Below, piece after piece: positions 9,120 through 20,147 of a stretch of DNA of 64,000 nucleotides. A model generated the notes under the pieces. It was given only the letters and a program-made list of their open reading frames with translations, was not told where the DNA came from and searched no databases. This stretch comes from Desulfosudaceae bacterium (lineage in GTDB: Bacteria; Desulfobacterota; Desulfobacteria; Desulfobacterales; Desulfosudaceae): the NCBI GenBank assembly GCA_963674745.2, contig CAXXDV010000001.1, positions 2,080,001-2,144,000 on the forward strand. Reading direction: 5' to 3'. The position numbers and the translations under genes were made by a program. Positions within the stretch are counted from its first letter, which is position 1, and each line of letters starts with the position of its first letter.

Positions 9120-11263
9120 GATTTTCTAATGTCGTCATAATCGGCCACTAATACTTCCCGCGGCTTGACGCCGTCCGACGGGCCGACCACGCCTTCCCTT
9201 TCCATGGTTTCCACTATCCGGGCCGCCCGGTTATATCCAATGCGCAGGTGCCGTTGGATGGAGGAGATGGACGCCTGCCGTGTTTTGGCCACCAGGGCAA
9301 CGGCTTCATCATATCGTTCATCGTAATCCCCGGTTTCCTCGTCGCCTTCCGGCCGGGGCGGCGCTTCGGTAACGCTTTCATCAAAATCCGGTCGTTTCTG
9401 TTTTTTCAGAAAATCAATCACCCGCAGGACCTCGTCTTCGGAGATAAAGGCGCCGTGAATGCGCTGGAGCTTTGCCGTTCCGGGCGCCAGGAAAAGCATA
9501 TCACCGTTGCCCAGCAGGCTTTCGGCGCCATTGGCATCCAGAATGGTCCGGGAGTCTGTTTTGGAGGACACCTGGAAGGATATCCGGGTGGGAAAGTTGG
9601 CCTTGATGACACCGGTGATAACGTTCACCGACGGCCGCTGGGTGGCGATAATCAGATGAATTCCGGCGGCCCGGGCCATCTGTGCCAGACGCGTCAGCGC
9701 CGATTCCACTTCCCGCGAGGCGACCGACATCAGGTCCGCGAATTCATCGATAATGATCACGATGTAAGGCAGGGTTTCATCTTCTGTCTCCCCGGCTTTT
9801 TTTTCCTTGACGATTTTTTTGTTGTACTGGGTGATGTTGCGGACTTTCCTTTCGGAAAGTTTTTCGTACCTGTCCTCCATCTCCCGTACGGCCCAGGAAA
9901 GGGCGTTGGTGGCTTTTTTCATGTCGGTAACCACCGGTGTGATCAGGTGCGGGATCTTGTTGTAAAGCGACAGCTCAATACGTTTGGGGTCGATCATCAG
10001 CAGTTTGACTTCATCCGGCCGGGCTTTGTAGAGCAGGCTGCAGATCATGGTGTTCAGGGCCACACTTTTACCCGATCCGGTCGAACCGGCCACCAGCAGG
10101 TGGGGCATCCTGTCCATTTCCACGGCCAGGGGTTCACCGACGATGTTTTTGCCCAGGCACAGGGTCAACCGTGATTTCTGCTTTTCAAAGCTTTCGGAAA
10201 CAATAATCTCTTTAATGCGCACAAATTCCCGTTCCATGTTGGGGATTTCAATGCCGATCACGGACTTCCCGGGAATAGGGGCCACGATGCGGATGCTCAT
10301 GGCCCGAAGCGCCAGGGCCAGGTCGTCCGCCAGGGTGACGATCTTGTTGATTTTAACCCCGGGCGCGGGTTCATATTCAAACATGGTGATGACCGGGCCG
10401 GGCGTAACAGCGGTGACCGAACCGTTGACACCGAAGTCTTCCAGTTTCTTTTCGAGCAGGCGCGACAGCATCTGCAGGCTGTCATTGTCAACCGAGGCGG
10501 GGCGGTCGTCCGGATCGTCCAGAAGCTTGACGGACGGCAGGGAAAAGGCGCCATCCTCATGCATGAACGAAAATTCTTCCTGCCGGGGACGGGGTATGGC
10601 TTTTACGGGCGCAGCGGTCGGCGTGTTGATTTTCAGCTCGCCGGTTTTTTTCGGCGGTTTTTTCTGTTGCGCGGCCAGGCGTTTTTCCGCTTTTAGTTTT
10701 CGCTCTTTACGGATGATACGGCGTGTTTTCAGTTTTTCGTAAAATGATCGCCCCAGATGCCAGCATGATTTAGAAAATTTGACCGGTGAAAAGCTCGTGG
10801 CCGTGATCAGGCCGATGAGCAGGAGGATAATCGTGATGAACAGGCCGCCATTGGGGCCGGCCATGCCGGTTAACATCTCCTGCAGAACGTCTCCGGTTAC
10901 GCTGTGGGCCGGATAGGCGATGAACAGCGTCTGGCCGGTCTGGAAAGATGCCAGACAGCCGGTGGCGATCATCAGCAGCAGGCCGCCCCAGGCGATGCGG
11001 ATAATGGCCCGGATATCCGTCCGGGTAATAATGCGTGTGCCGGCCAGCAGCAGGAGCAGGGGGACCCAGAAAGCGCCGATGCCGAATCCGGCCAGCAGCA
11101 GGCCGGCGGTATGTGCGCCAAGCGGCCCGAAGAAATTATGGATCTTTCCTGATGTTGAAGCGGCCATACCGACGGCGGGGTCCTCCGGGCTGAAGGTCAG
11201 CAGGCTGACCACGGTCAAGATGACAAGGAAAAAAAGCAGTATGCCGCTGATCTCTTTACGCAT
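9116..11263 (-). CDS. ftsK: DNA translocase FtsK
   Basis: N-terminal 4TM region, AGSTGSGKS Walker A, IIDEFADL, gamma domain IGYNRAARI. Confidence 0.97.
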   Translation of the reverse strand: MRKEISGILLFFLVILTVVSLLTFSPEDPAVGMAASTSGKIHNFFGPLGAHTAGLLLAGFGIGAFWVPLLLLLAGTRIITRTDIRAIIRIAWGGLLLMIATGCLASFQTGQTLFIAYPAHSVTGDVLQEMLTGMAGPNGGLFITIILLLIGLITATSFSPVKFSKSCWHLGRSFYEKLKTRRIIRKERKLKAEKRLAAQQKKPPKKTGELKINTPTAAPVKAIPRPRQEEFSFMHEDGAFSLPSVKLLDDPDDRPASVDNDSLQMLSRLLEKKLEDFGVNGSVTAVTPGPVITMFEYEPAPGVKINKIVTLADDLALALRAMSIRIVAPIPGKSVIGIEIPNMEREFVRIKEIIVSESFEKQKSRLTLCLGKNIVGEPLAVEMDRMPHLLVAGSTGSGKSVALNTMICSLLYKARPDEVKLLMIDPKRIELSLYNKIPHLITPVVTDMKKATNALSWAVREMEDRYEKLSERKVRNITQYNKKIVKEKKAGETEDETLPYIVIIIDEFADLMSVASREVESALTRLAQMARAAGIHLIIATQRPSVNVITGVIKANFPTRISFQVSSKTDSRTILDANGAESLLGNGDMLFLAPGTAKLQRIHGAFISEDEVLRVIDFLKKQKRPDFDESVTEAPPRPEGDEETGDYDERYDEAVALVAKTRQASISSIQRHLRIGYNRAARIVETMEREGVVGPSDGVKPREVLVADYDDIRKS

Positions 11264-11395
11264 TACAGATCGTTTCCGTTCCGGGGTATTTTTTTAAAAA
11301 GTTAATCGTTACAATACCATACCCTTTTTTCGAATAATGGCAAAGCAAAAAGTCCAATATCAGAATTATATGGCACTCGTATAAAAAACTAGGCT

Positions 11396-11515
11396 GGCTG
11401 CGTAAAAAGTTCAACAACAAGGCGCGCAAATCCTGAGAAATGCAGCGTACTTAGTCGTACGTGAAATTTCGAAGGATGCAGCGCAACGCCGTGTTGGGCT
11501 TTTTACGCTGCCAGC
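11396..11515. repeat. ~120-bp palindromic MITE-like repeat, copy 2 (partial extra end at 11338-11362)
   Basis: Aligns with 1229-1348; terminal inverted repeat GCGTAAAAAG..CTTTTTACGC. Confidence 0.75.
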
Positions 11516-11517
11516 AA

Positions 11518-13167
11518 TCATAGCTCGACAATGATTGGTATCACAACCGGACGCCGTTTAATGGTAAACTTAAAATATTGTCTTAAGGCGATTTTCATTT
11601 TGGCTTCGATAATGGCCACCCGGTCCGGGACGGAATTGTCGATTTCTTCCACGATTTCAAGGATTACGCATTCCGCGTCCTGAAGCAGATGGCCGGTGAC
11701 ACCGGGAAAAACAAACCCCTTGGAAATAATTTCCGGACCATGAAGAATAATCCCGGTTTCCTCGTCAAAGATCATGACCACCACGACCAGACCGTGTTCG
11801 GATAATTCCCGGCGTTCCCGCAGGACCCGCTGGCCGACATCACCGACGCCCTTGCCGTCGACCAGCACCCGGCTGGTTTCAATCCGCCCGCCAAGGCGGC
11901 CGCCGTATTCGTCAAATTCGATAATTTTTCCGTTATCGGGCAGCAGCGTCCGGTCCTTTGGGATGCCCATTTCTTCGGCCAGCCGGATATGGTGTACCAG
12001 GTGGCGTCGTTCCCCATGAATTGGGATGAAATACAATGGGTTCACGATGTCGATCATTTCTTTGAGCTCGTCGGCAAAGGCGTGCCCGGAAACGTGGATA
12101 TCGGATATCTTCTCATAGATTACCCTGGCCCCGTCTTCACAGAAGTTATTGATGACACTGGCAATGGCTTTTTCATTGCCGGGAATGAACTTGGAAGAAA
12201 GGATAATGGTGTCATCGGGCTTGGTCTTGATCATTTTATTGTTGCCCGTGGCCATGCGGGCCAAAGAAGACATGGGCTCACCCTGGCTGCCGGTGGTAAC
12301 CACGATGATTTCCTCGTCGGGAAAATAGTCCACATCCTTGACGCTGATCTCCAGATGTTCCGGAATGGACAGGTATCCCAGGTTCCGGGCCGTTTGTGTG
12401 CTGACCTCGATACTTCTGCCGTCAAAGGCGATTTTGCGGTTGAACTTGACGGCAATGTCGACTATCTGTTGAATCCGCACGATATTTGAGGCAAACAGGG
12501 CGATGATGGCCCGGCCCGGACATTTGGAAATAAGCTTTTCCAGGGTGTCGCCGACCGTCCGGTCTGAAAGCGTGCGCCCTTCTTTTTCAACGTTGGTGGA
12601 ATCGGACATCAGCGCCAGAACACCCTTTCGTCCGTGATGAACGAACTTGTCCACATCCGTGTTCATCCAGGGGAAGTGGCTCTGGCTCAGTTTGAAATCA
12701 CCGGTATGAATGATCGTGCCCACCGGTGACTTGATGACGATCCCCACGCCATCGACCACGCTGTGGTTGACCCGGATGAAATCCAGGTCAAAAGGACCGA
12801 TTTTCAGGGTGTCTTCGGGTGAAATCCGGTTCAGCCGGGCGTTTTCCAGCAGCCCCCACTCGTTGAGCTTGTGCTTGATCAGTTCCAGGGTAAAGGGGGT
12901 GCCGTAAACAGGCACATTAATGGCTCTTAATACATAGGGGATGGCGCCGATGTGATCTTCATGTCCGTGGGTGACGACAATGGCCGCAAAATTGTCCCGC
13001 TTTGCTTTTAAATAGCTGATTTCAGGGATAACAATGTCCACCCCCAGCATATAATCTTCCGGGAACATCAGTCCGGCATCGATGGCGAAAACGGTGTCAC
13101 CGAATTCGATGGCCATCATGTTCAAACCGATTTCCCGGGTTCCCCCCAGGGGGATAATCTTTAACAT
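11518..13167 (-). CDS. rnj: Ribonuclease J
   Basis: LKIIPLGG.EIG, THGHEDHIGA, TGSQGEPMS, HVSGHA. Confidence 0.95.
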   Translation of the reverse strand: MLKIIPLGGTREIGLNMMAIEFGDTVFAIDAGLMFPEDYMLGVDIVIPEISYLKAKRDNFAAIVVTHGHEDHIGAIPYVLRAINVPVYGTPFTLELIKHKLNEWGLLENARLNRISPEDTLKIGPFDLDFIRVNHSVVDGVGIVIKSPVGTIIHTGDFKLSQSHFPWMNTDVDKFVHHGRKGVLALMSDSTNVEKEGRTLSDRTVGDTLEKLISKCPGRAIIALFASNIVRIQQIVDIAVKFNRKIAFDGRSIEVSTQTARNLGYLSIPEHLEISVKDVDYFPDEEIIVVTTGSQGEPMSSLARMATGNNKMIKTKPDDTIILSSKFIPGNEKAIASVINNFCEDGARVIYEKISDIHVSGHAFADELKEMIDIVNPLYFIPIHGERRHLVHHIRLAEEMGIPKDRTLLPDNGKIIEFDEYGGRLGGRIETSRVLVDGKGVGDVGQRVLRERRELSEHGLVVVVMIFDEETGIILHGPEIISKGFVFPGVTGHLLQDAECVILEIVEEIDNSVPDRVAIIEAKMKIALRQYFKFTIKRRPVVIPIIVEL

Positions 13168-13225
13168 TCCCCGAAAGCCTTTTGTGCCACAGCCGTTTCG
13201 GCAGCGGAAATTATGCACCAGATAT

Positions 13226-13558
13226 TTAAGTGGTTATATCAAGTTTTTCAAAGATATCGTCAATCGTGGAGATGAACCACTCCCGCTGCCCGGCAGTCGC
13301 GTAAGCGATACAATTGCATCGTATGGCCGACTTTGTTCTGACCAGAAGCTCGCAGGTTATTTTGTTCTCATCGATCTCTACCGCAAAGAAAAATGGGCGG
13401 CAATTTTGATGATCGAGCTGGGTTTCGGAAAGCCGGTTTTCAGGAACGGTTATCCAGTACAGGTTTCCCATTTCCGGTGGCCCGAAAGCGTCTGTGAAAT
13501 AATCATTCAGGCGGCCTGCCTCGCCCGGGCGAAGCTCATCAATTACATACTGTTTCAT
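13226..13558 (-). CDS. Conserved hypothetical protein
   Basis: 110-aa ORF co-oriented upstream of rnj; H..C..RCNC pattern. Confidence 0.7.
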   Translation of the reverse strand: MKQYVIDELRPGEAGRLNDYFTDAFGPPEMGNLYWITVPENRLSETQLDHQNCRPFFFAVEIDENKITCELLVRTKSAIRCNCIAYATAGQREWFISTIDDIFEKLDITT

Positions 13559-13700
13559 GTCCGTTTAATTAGCATAAGTTGTGGTATTGTACAATATGGG
13601 AAAAAAAGTTGGGAAAAAAGATTGATATCCGGCTGTCATCGGCGATAAAATCGAAAGATTCCAGTCTGTGTAATCAGCTGTTATTTCAAGGAACAGGAAA

Positions 13701-14822
13701 ATGAATGATTCACGATCGCAGGACCTGTCCGCGTCTATTGACGGAAAATTGGATCAGTTACGTCGGGAAATCAACCGCACCGACCAGGACATACTGGCGC
13801 TTCTCAACCGGCGGGCGGAGCTGTGCGTGGCGGTCGGGCAGGTCAAGTCCGCCACTGATCAGACCATATTTAAACCGTTTCGTGAAAAAGAAGTACTTCA
13901 ACAACTGATCGGCAATAATACCGGCGTTTTGCCCGAGGATCACCTGCGGGCCATTTACCGGGAGATACTGTCCTCGTCCAGGAAGTTACAGCGGCCCCAG
14001 AAAATTGTCTACCTTGGACCGGAAGGCACGTTTTCCTATTTTGCCGGTGTAGAGCTGCTGGGCAGCAGCTCGGATTTTCAGGCCTGCGGCAGTCTGGCCG
14101 AGGTGTTCGCGGCCGTGGCCGGCAAGCGGGCCTCGCTGGGGATCGTGCCCCTCGAAAATGCGCTTTACGGCAGTGTGGGGCAGAACCTGGATTTTTTCCT
14201 GAAACACCCGGTCTTTATTCAGGCGGAAATATTTTGTCGCATCAGCCATTATCTGATGGGGGCGGGAGACGGGCTTGACGGAATCAGGGCGGTATATTCC
14301 CATGCCCGGGCCCTTGAGCAGTGTGCCGGGTGGCTGGACGCGCGCCTGCCCGGGGCCGAGCGCGTTCCTGTATCCAGCACGGCCGCTGCCGTCGGCAAGG
14401 TGGCCGACCGCAGGGATACGGCCGCCATCGGACACAGCAAGCTTGCCGATATGAGTTCCCTGAATGTACTCGCTGCCGGAATCGAGGACACACCGGACAA
14501 CTGGACGCGGTTTATCGTTATTGGCCCGGAACTGCCCAGGGGCAGCGGACGGGATAAAACATCGATGCTGTTTACCCTGCCGCACCAGTCCGGCGCACTG
14601 GCCCGGGTGCTGGCTGTGCTGGCTGGAAGCGACATCAATATGAAAAAACTGGAATCCCGGGCCATGAAGGCGGATCAATGGCAGTACCTGTTTTTTGCCG
14701 ATGTGGAATGTGATCTGGGTGACGATGAATATGCCGACCTGTTGCGGGAACTGGCAGAGAACTGTCATACCTTGAAGATCCTGGGCAGCTATCCAGCGGG
14801 ACGATATATGGATGACGTCTGA
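13701..14822 (+). CDS. pheA: Chorismate mutase/prephenate dehydratase
   Basis: N-terminal CM domain, [17 protein letters not shown] domain LESR. Confidence 0.95.
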   Translation: MNDSRSQDLSASIDGKLDQLRREINRTDQDILALLNRRAELCVAVGQVKSATDQTIFKPFREKEVLQQLIGNNTGVLPEDHLRAIYREILSSSRKLQRPQKIVYLGPEGTFSYFAGVELLGSSSDFQACGSLAEVFAAVAGKRASLGIVPLENALYGSVGQNLDFFLKHPVFIQAEIFCRISHYLMGAGDGLDGIRAVYSHARALEQCAGWLDARLPGAERVPVSSTAAAVGKVADRRDTAAIGHSKLADMSSLNVLAAGIEDTPDNWTRFIVIGPELPRGSGRDKTSMLFTLPHQSGALARVLAVLAGSDINMKKLESRAMKADQWQYLFFADVECDLGDDEYADLLRELAENCHTLKILGSYPAGRYMDDV

Positions 14823-14841
14823 ACGGGGAGAGATATCCATT

Positions 14842-15681
14842 ATGAAAACGATCGCCATCGTCGTTAAACCCGATCCGGAGGCCATCACCAATGCCGAGGC
14901 CCTGGAAAAGTGGCTGACGTCCCGCGGTGTGGCCGTTGTCCGGAAGTCACCTGAATCCCAACAGCCCGCTTCAGACGGCCTGTCCTGCGTGTTCGTTCTG
15001 GGAGGGGACGGCACCTTTTTAAGCGCGGCCCGCTGGATCGGTGACCTGGACATTCCTTTGATCGGTATCAAGTTCGGCCAGGTCGGCTTCCTGGCGGAAA
15101 CGGTCGAGGAAGACCTTCTGTCCGCTGCGGAAAAAATTCTGAGCAACAACTATACCCTTGAACAACGCATGCGCCTGCAAGTCACCATTTTTAAAAACGG
15201 CCGGGAGCACGTCCGGCAGGCGGTTTTAAATGACGTGGTCATCAATAAAGGGGCAGTGGCCCGTTTGGCGCACATTAAAACCCATATCGATGATTACTAT
15301 CTGACCACTTATCGCGGCGACGGGTTGATTGTTTCCACCCCTACCGGCTCAACCGCCTACTCCCTGGCAGCCGGTGGCCCGATTGTTCATCCCTCGGTGT
15401 CGGGCATTATTTTGACACCGATTTGTCCTTTTACGCTGACCAACCGGCCGCTGGTCGTGCCGGAAACCGTGCGGATCGAGCTGAGTCTGGCAAGGAAGCC
15501 AAAGGATATCATGGTTACCCTGGACGGGCAGGAAGGGTATGAGATTGATGAAAAGGATACTCTGGTCATTGAAAAAGCACCCCATCCGGTCAACATGATC
15601 ATTCTGCCGGGGCAGCGTTATTTTGACGTTCTGAAGACCAAGCTGCAGTGGGGTGGGGGACCGGGCAACCCGAATGTTTAA
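14842..15681 (+). CDS. nadK: NAD kinase
   Basis: [30 protein letters not shown]. Confidence 0.95.
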   Translation: MKTIAIVVKPDPEAITNAEALEKWLTSRGVAVVRKSPESQQPASDGLSCVFVLGGDGTFLSAARWIGDLDIPLIGIKFGQVGFLAETVEEDLLSAAEKILSNNYTLEQRMRLQVTIFKNGREHVRQAVLNDVVINKGAVARLAHIKTHIDDYYLTTYRGDGLIVSTPTGSTAYSLAAGGPIVHPSVSGIILTPICPFTLTNRPLVVPETVRIELSLARKPKDIMVTLDGQEGYEIDEKDTLVIEKAPHPVNMIILPGQRYFDVLKTKLQWGGGPGNPNV

Positions 15682-15799
15682 TGAGTGACCTTGAGCCCGG
15701 GCCCATGGCACCTTATGCTGTGTTGCATGCTTGTGACTGTTGTAGGGGCAGGCCCCCGTGCCTGCCCGCTCGTGAAACATCCGGAAAGGGAGGGCTACA

Positions 15800-16546
15800 A
15801 TGAAAGTCTTTTTTCACGACGATTTTTACCAGGTGTACACCTCCGATCCGGCGGCCGCGTCCGGCCGTATGGAGGCTATCGTCAGAGAAATCAAACCCCA
15901 CGTTACTTTTATCCAGGCGGAGATGGCCGATCATGACGATGTGGCGGCCGTGCATACCGCGGCCCACATCGACCATGTGCGGGACGAGGGGCTTTACCCC
16001 ATTTCCATGCTGGCCGCCGGCGGCGCGGTCCAGGCCGCGGAGACCGGGTTGACCGAGCCCTGTTTCGGTCTGATCCGTCCCCCCGGTCACCATGCCTCGG
16101 CCGGCTCAAGCTGGGGCTTCTGTTATTTCAACAATATGGCCGTGGCCCTGTCTTCGCTCAAGCGCCGGCAGATGATCGCCACCGCTTATGTGCTTGATAT
16201 CGATTTGCATTACGGCGATGGAACGGTCAATATTCTGGAGGACGAAGATTACGTGACCGTTCACAACCTGGAGTCCACCCGCCGAAAGGTCTACATGGAC
16301 GAAGTCCGCCGCGAGATGGACAACTGCCGGGCCGACATTATCGGCATTTCGGCCGGGTTCGACAACCATCGCGAGGATTGGGGCAGTGTGTTGGAAACCG
16401 AAGACTATCACGAGATCGGCCGAATGGCGGCCCTGGCGGCCGGGCGCAACGACGGCGGTTGCTTTGCCATTCTGGAGGGCGGATACAACCATGATATCCT
16501 TGGCCGGAACGTGCTGGCCTTGATCCAGGGGATGTCGGCCGCATGA
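15800..16546 (+). CDS. Histone deacetylase-family amidohydrolase
   Basis: RPPGHHA, GFCYFNN, DIDLHYGDGT, SAGFD, LEGGY. Confidence 0.9.
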   Translation: MKVFFHDDFYQVYTSDPAAASGRMEAIVREIKPHVTFIQAEMADHDDVAAVHTAAHIDHVRDEGLYPISMLAAGGAVQAAETGLTEPCFGLIRPPGHHASAGSSWGFCYFNNMAVALSSLKRRQMIATAYVLDIDLHYGDGTVNILEDEDYVTVHNLESTRRKVYMDEVRREMDNCRADIIGISAGFDNHREDWGSVLETEDYHEIGRMAALAAGRNDGGCFAILEGGYNHDILGRNVLALIQGMSAA

Positions 16547-17334
16547 TGATCGTTGCCGATAACCTGCAGGTCACCAGTTCCCGGGTGGCCCGGGCCATTG
16601 ACAGCCGCGACGAGGAGGTGGTCCGCGCCATTGTCCGCCAGAGCCTTGCGGCCGGCGCTGATGCGGTTGACATCAATCCCGGGCCGCTGAACCGCGAGCC
16701 GGAAGACAAAATGGTTTTCCTGGTAGAGGCGGTGCAGTCGGAAACAGATAAACCGCTGCTGCTGGACACCACCAATCCCCGGGCACTGGCGGCGGGCCTG
16801 GCAATTGCCCGTAATCCGGTCATCATTAATGGCTTTTCCCTGGAGCCGGTCAAGCTGGAACATATTCTTCCCCTGGCCGCGCAATACAATGCCGATATTA
16901 TCGGTTATTTGCTTGATGCCGGGAGCCGGGTGCCGACCGACGCCGATGACTGCCTGGCGCTGGCGGCTGATCTGTTTGAAGCCTTTACTCAATCCGGCGT
17001 TTCGCCGGGTCACCTGATTATTGATCCGGTGGTCGCCCCCCTGATCTGGGAGAACGGCCTGCAGCACAACCGGGCGGTACTGGCCGTCATCCCCCGTCTG
17101 GCCGATTTGTTCGGGTTCCCGGTTCGGACCATTGCCGGTATTTCCAACCTGACCACCGGCCAGGCCGATTATGACAGGCGCATGCGCCTGGAACAGGCCT
17201 TTATTCCCATGCTGGCCGCTGCCGGCTTGGATATGGCCCTGATGAACATGCGCCACACCGCGTCAATCCAGTGCCTCCGGGCCTGTAATATCCTGATGCA
17301 CTCGGAGGTGTTTGCCTGGGAAGCGCTGGCGTAA
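16543..17334 (+). CDS. Pterin-binding enzyme (AcsE/MetH methyltetrahydrofolate-binding-like)
   Basis: GADAVDIN, LLDTTN, IIDPVV, GISNL. Confidence 0.75.
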   Translation: MMIVADNLQVTSSRVARAIDSRDEEVVRAIVRQSLAAGADAVDINPGPLNREPEDKMVFLVEAVQSETDKPLLLDTTNPRALAAGLAIARNPVIINGFSLEPVKLEHILPLAAQYNADIIGYLLDAGSRVPTDADDCLALAADLFEAFTQSGVSPGHLIIDPVVAPLIWENGLQHNRAVLAVIPRLADLFGFPVRTIAGISNLTTGQADYDRRMRLEQAFIPMLAAAGLDMALMNMRHTASIQCLRACNILMHSEVFAWEALA

Positions 17335-17376
17335 CTAGGTAATGGGCCAATTCGGGTGCCTTTTGACGGTTTCGAA

Positions 17377-18186
17377 TCAACGGTGGATCACCTCTATCTC
17401 AAACAGCCGCGGCCACAGTTTACCCGTTACAAACAGCCGATCATTCTCCGCATCATAGGCGATCCCGTTGAGCACGGCATCGGGCTCCCCCGGATTGCAG
17501 ACCAGGGGCAGAAGGCCCGTCAGGTCAATCCAGCCGAGCACCTGACCCGAGACCGGTGAAATCCTGGCGATCCGGTCTGTACACCAGACGTTGGCGTAGA
17601 TCTCTCCTTTCACATACTCAAGTTCATTCAGCCGGCCGACCGGTAAACCCCCGTCTTTCACGGCGAGTCGCCCCAGTTCCCGGAAGCTTTCGGGATCAAG
17701 CAGGCGCAGGTGATGGCTTCCGTCGCTCATAATTAATCGGGTTCCGTCATGGGTCAGTCCCCACCCCTGACCGGGGTAACGGAACTTGCGCTGAAGATCA
17801 AAGGCGGCAAGGTCGTAAACAAAGGCAACATTCGATTGCCAGGTAAGCTGTATGAGCCGCTCTTTCCAGTCGGTCAGCCCTTCTGCCCAGTACCCGGCCT
17901 CTATCCGCCTCTCCTGGACAACCGCTCCTGTTTCTATTCTGACTTTCCGAAGAGAGGAGAGCCCTCTGCGGCCGGTGCTTTCGTAAAGAAACCCATTGCG
18001 GTAGAGCAGCCCCTGTGTGAATGCTTTGGGGTCATGGGGGTAGGCGTTCACCACGCGATACCCGTATACTGGGGCTTCGTCCCGGGCGGCCGGTTGCCCG
18101 CCCGGAGCATGGCCTGGCAGACATATCAGGACAATGAGGCTCAAGACCCCGGTCCATTCAAGCGTTCTTAACATAAGACATACCAT
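17377..18186 (-). CDS. Glutaminyl-peptide cyclotransferase
   Basis: YPHD..AFTQGL, GWGLT, LNELE, VLNGIA, TGKLWP. Confidence 0.9.
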   Translation of the reverse strand: MVCLMLRTLEWTGVLSLIVLICLPGHAPGGQPAARDEAPVYGYRVVNAYPHDPKAFTQGLLYRNGFLYESTGRRGLSSLRKVRIETGAVVQERRIEAGYWAEGLTDWKERLIQLTWQSNVAFVYDLAAFDLQRKFRYPGQGWGLTHDGTRLIMSDGSHHLRLLDPESFRELGRLAVKDGGLPVGRLNELEYVKGEIYANVWCTDRIARISPVSGQVLGWIDLTGLLPLVCNPGEPDAVLNGIAYDAENDRLFVTGKLWPRLFEIEVIHR

Positions 18187-18234
18187 TGCCTCACCCCTGC
18201 GAGTCCATAGTAAAGGCGTCGACCAGAGACCTTT

Positions 18235-19131
18235 TTATCCCTTAACTCTTTGCAGATAAATACTGCCGCCGGAATTCCTGGCGCACAGGGGCATATTTTG
18301 TTGAATATAATCCTTAAACGTCACGCCGATAAAATGATTAAAGAAATGAATCTTCCAACTGTCATTGTAAGCCAGAAAGGAATGTAGAAAATAGCACTCG
18401 TTCCAATATCTGCCCTGCTTTAACCAATCTGACGGGTATTCGAATGGGTAAAAAATGTCATGGAAATGAACAAATGTCCCGGGTGAAAGCGTCGGCAGTA
18501 CTTTATTGAAAAGATATTGAACATCACTCCCCGCTTTAAGAACATGGCTGGAATCAATAAACAACAGGTCGCCAGGGCCGAGTTCGCTGAATTCTGATAT
18601 GGGAACAGACTGAACTTCACGTTCGAGAATATCAACCTTCTCGTGCCCCCTGATCAAGGACCGTAACCTGTCCGGATACGGTTCAATGCAGGTCAATTCT
18701 ATACTTTCCTCTCTTAGGATGTCCACGGTATCAAGGATTACGGCGGTGGAATAGCCCGACCCGACCTCAATTATTCGTTTTGGCCGATGCGCTCTTAAGA
18801 AGCAATAGAGGAAAATGGCATCAGCATAACAGAACCAGGATTGATTAAAGGCGTATCTGTTGTTTTCTGACGCTTTCTCTGTGAAGGGCATTTCCCCATA
18901 GAACGCGGCGAAACTCTCAAGAACTTTTTTCTGATGGTCGACATTGAGATCAACATCAACCAGAGATGACTGGGCCTCAGAGAAAACTTTTAAATAAGAC
19001 GCTACCTGGTCGACATGTGGTACTGGAGAGTGGTAATGCCCGGGCAGATACATCAGGAAACTACGGGAACTCCGGATGTAACCAAGAAGCTGATGGAGTG
19101 TGTTTAATAAGTTCATGTTAGTATTTTCCAA
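18235..19131 (-). CDS. Class I SAM-dependent methyltransferase (start codon uncertain)
   Basis: PGHYHSP, EVGSGYST, FIDSSH, HFHDI, WNE. Confidence 0.8.
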   Translation of the reverse strand: MENTNMNLLNTLHQLLGYIRSSRSFLMYLPGHYHSPVPHVDQVASYLKVFSEAQSSLVDVDLNVDHQKKVLESFAAFYGEMPFTEKASENNRYAFNQSWFCYADAIFLYCFLRAHRPKRIIEVGSGYSTAVILDTVDILREESIELTCIEPYPDRLRSLIRGHEKVDILEREVQSVPISEFSELGPGDLLFIDSSHVLKAGSDVQYLFNKVLPTLSPGTFVHFHDIFYPFEYPSDWLKQGRYWNECYFLHSFLAYNDSWKIHFFNHFIGVTFKDYIQQNMPLCARNSGGSIYLQRVKG

Positions 19132-19272
19132 AAAGGATAACGCGCTTGAAGAAAAAATCGGTTTTGGCCAGGCATTTTTATGTCTTTTTTAAAAAAGAGT
19201 TTATCAGAAAAATTAAGGGGTTACTTTTTTTTTGGAGAGATTCGTTTGTTTGTTTAGAATTTACCATTGTAT

Positions 19273-19363
19273 GTTTAACGTCTTACGGTTAGCTTTGGCG
19301 CGACTTGCCTGAGCGAAGCGAAGATTGCAAGCCGTGGACATCAGCTATAACGCATTGTTGGGC
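19273..19363 (-). other. attC 1 (singleton, 91 bp, last site of the array)
   Basis: TTTAAC..GTTAGCT..CTTGC/GCAAG..AGCTATAAC..GTTGGGC hairpin. Confidence 0.75.
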
Positions 19364-19374
19364 CAATATTAATA

Positions 19375-19698
19375 TTAAAAGGCGAATAATCTTTGAAGGA
19401 TTGAAATAACATCCGACTGGCTTTTTGAATCTATTGTGCCAAGCTTTTTTATCAGTCGTGTTTTATCAATTGTTCGAAGCTGATCTAACACAATTTGCCC
19501 CTTTTTCTTTTGAAAAGTACAGGAAACACGAGTTGGATATTCTTTTTGGGCAGAAGTCAGTGAGGCAATGATCACTGTTCGGATGTTGCGATTCATTTCA
19601 TCGGGAGAAATAACCAAGCCAGGCCTTGTCTTTTGGATCTCTGAACCAATGGTTGGGGCAAGGTTAACCAAATAAACATCAAAACGTTTCACTACCAT
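19375..19698 (-). CDS. mazF: PemK/MazF toxin (cassette)
   Basis: GSEIQKTRPGLVISPDEMN, LDQLRTIDKTRL. Confidence 0.93.
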   Translation of the reverse strand: MVVKRFDVYLVNLAPTIGSEIQKTRPGLVISPDEMNRNIRTVIIASLTSAQKEYPTRVSCTFQKKKGQIVLDQLRTIDKTRLIKKLGTIDSKSQSDVISILQRLFAF

Positions 19699-19943
19699 TG
19701 CCATTCTTCCTCATCCCATGTATGAGAAATGTTATCATCAATGATTGGCTCGTCATCATTCTTTTCTCCCATGGCTTTGAAAGCGGCATCCCATCCATCA
19801 CGAACATCTTTAACCGGTCGAATGATAATTTGATTTTTTTCAACCTCAATTTCAACATCATCCATAATGCCTGTTTGATCAAGGATGGGTTTTGGGATTC
19901 GCAAGCCTTGGGAGTTGCCAATTTTAATTATATGCGCTCTCAT
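19692..19943 (-). CDS. mazE: AbrB/MazE antitoxin (cassette)
   Basis: IKIGNSQGLRIPK, acidic WDEEEWQW tail; overlaps the toxin gene. Confidence 0.93.
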   Translation of the reverse strand: MRAHIIKIGNSQGLRIPKPILDQTGIMDDVEIEVEKNQIIIRPVKDVRDGWDAAFKAMGEKNDDEPIIDDNISHTWDEEEWQW

Positions 19944-19966
19944 TTGATTTCTCCTTCGTCATTTGA

Positions 19967-20004
19967 TGTAAATACATTGTAATTACATTGGCGGCAAAAG
20001 TCAA
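19967..20004 (-). promoter_or_regulatory. mazEF sigma70 promoter with two palindromic operators
   Basis: TTGACT-N17-TACAAT; TGTAATTACA and TGTATTTACA overlap the -10/TSS. Confidence 0.75.
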
Positions 20005-20021
20005 GAGCTGGTTCAAGAGGC

Positions 20022-20147
20022 ATCCAACGTCTGAAGCCAATGGCAGCCAGGGCTTCCACCGACTTCCTTAAAGATGTTTGTTGTTCAATTCTCGTGGTTG
20101 TACAACAAAGCCCGCTCGGGCTGTTTTTTTTGGCTGACTTGTTAGCC
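20022..20147 (-). other. attC 2 (family A, degenerate arms)
   Basis: CCAACGTCTGAAGCCAATGGCAGCCAGGGC..GTTAGCC. Confidence 0.8.
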
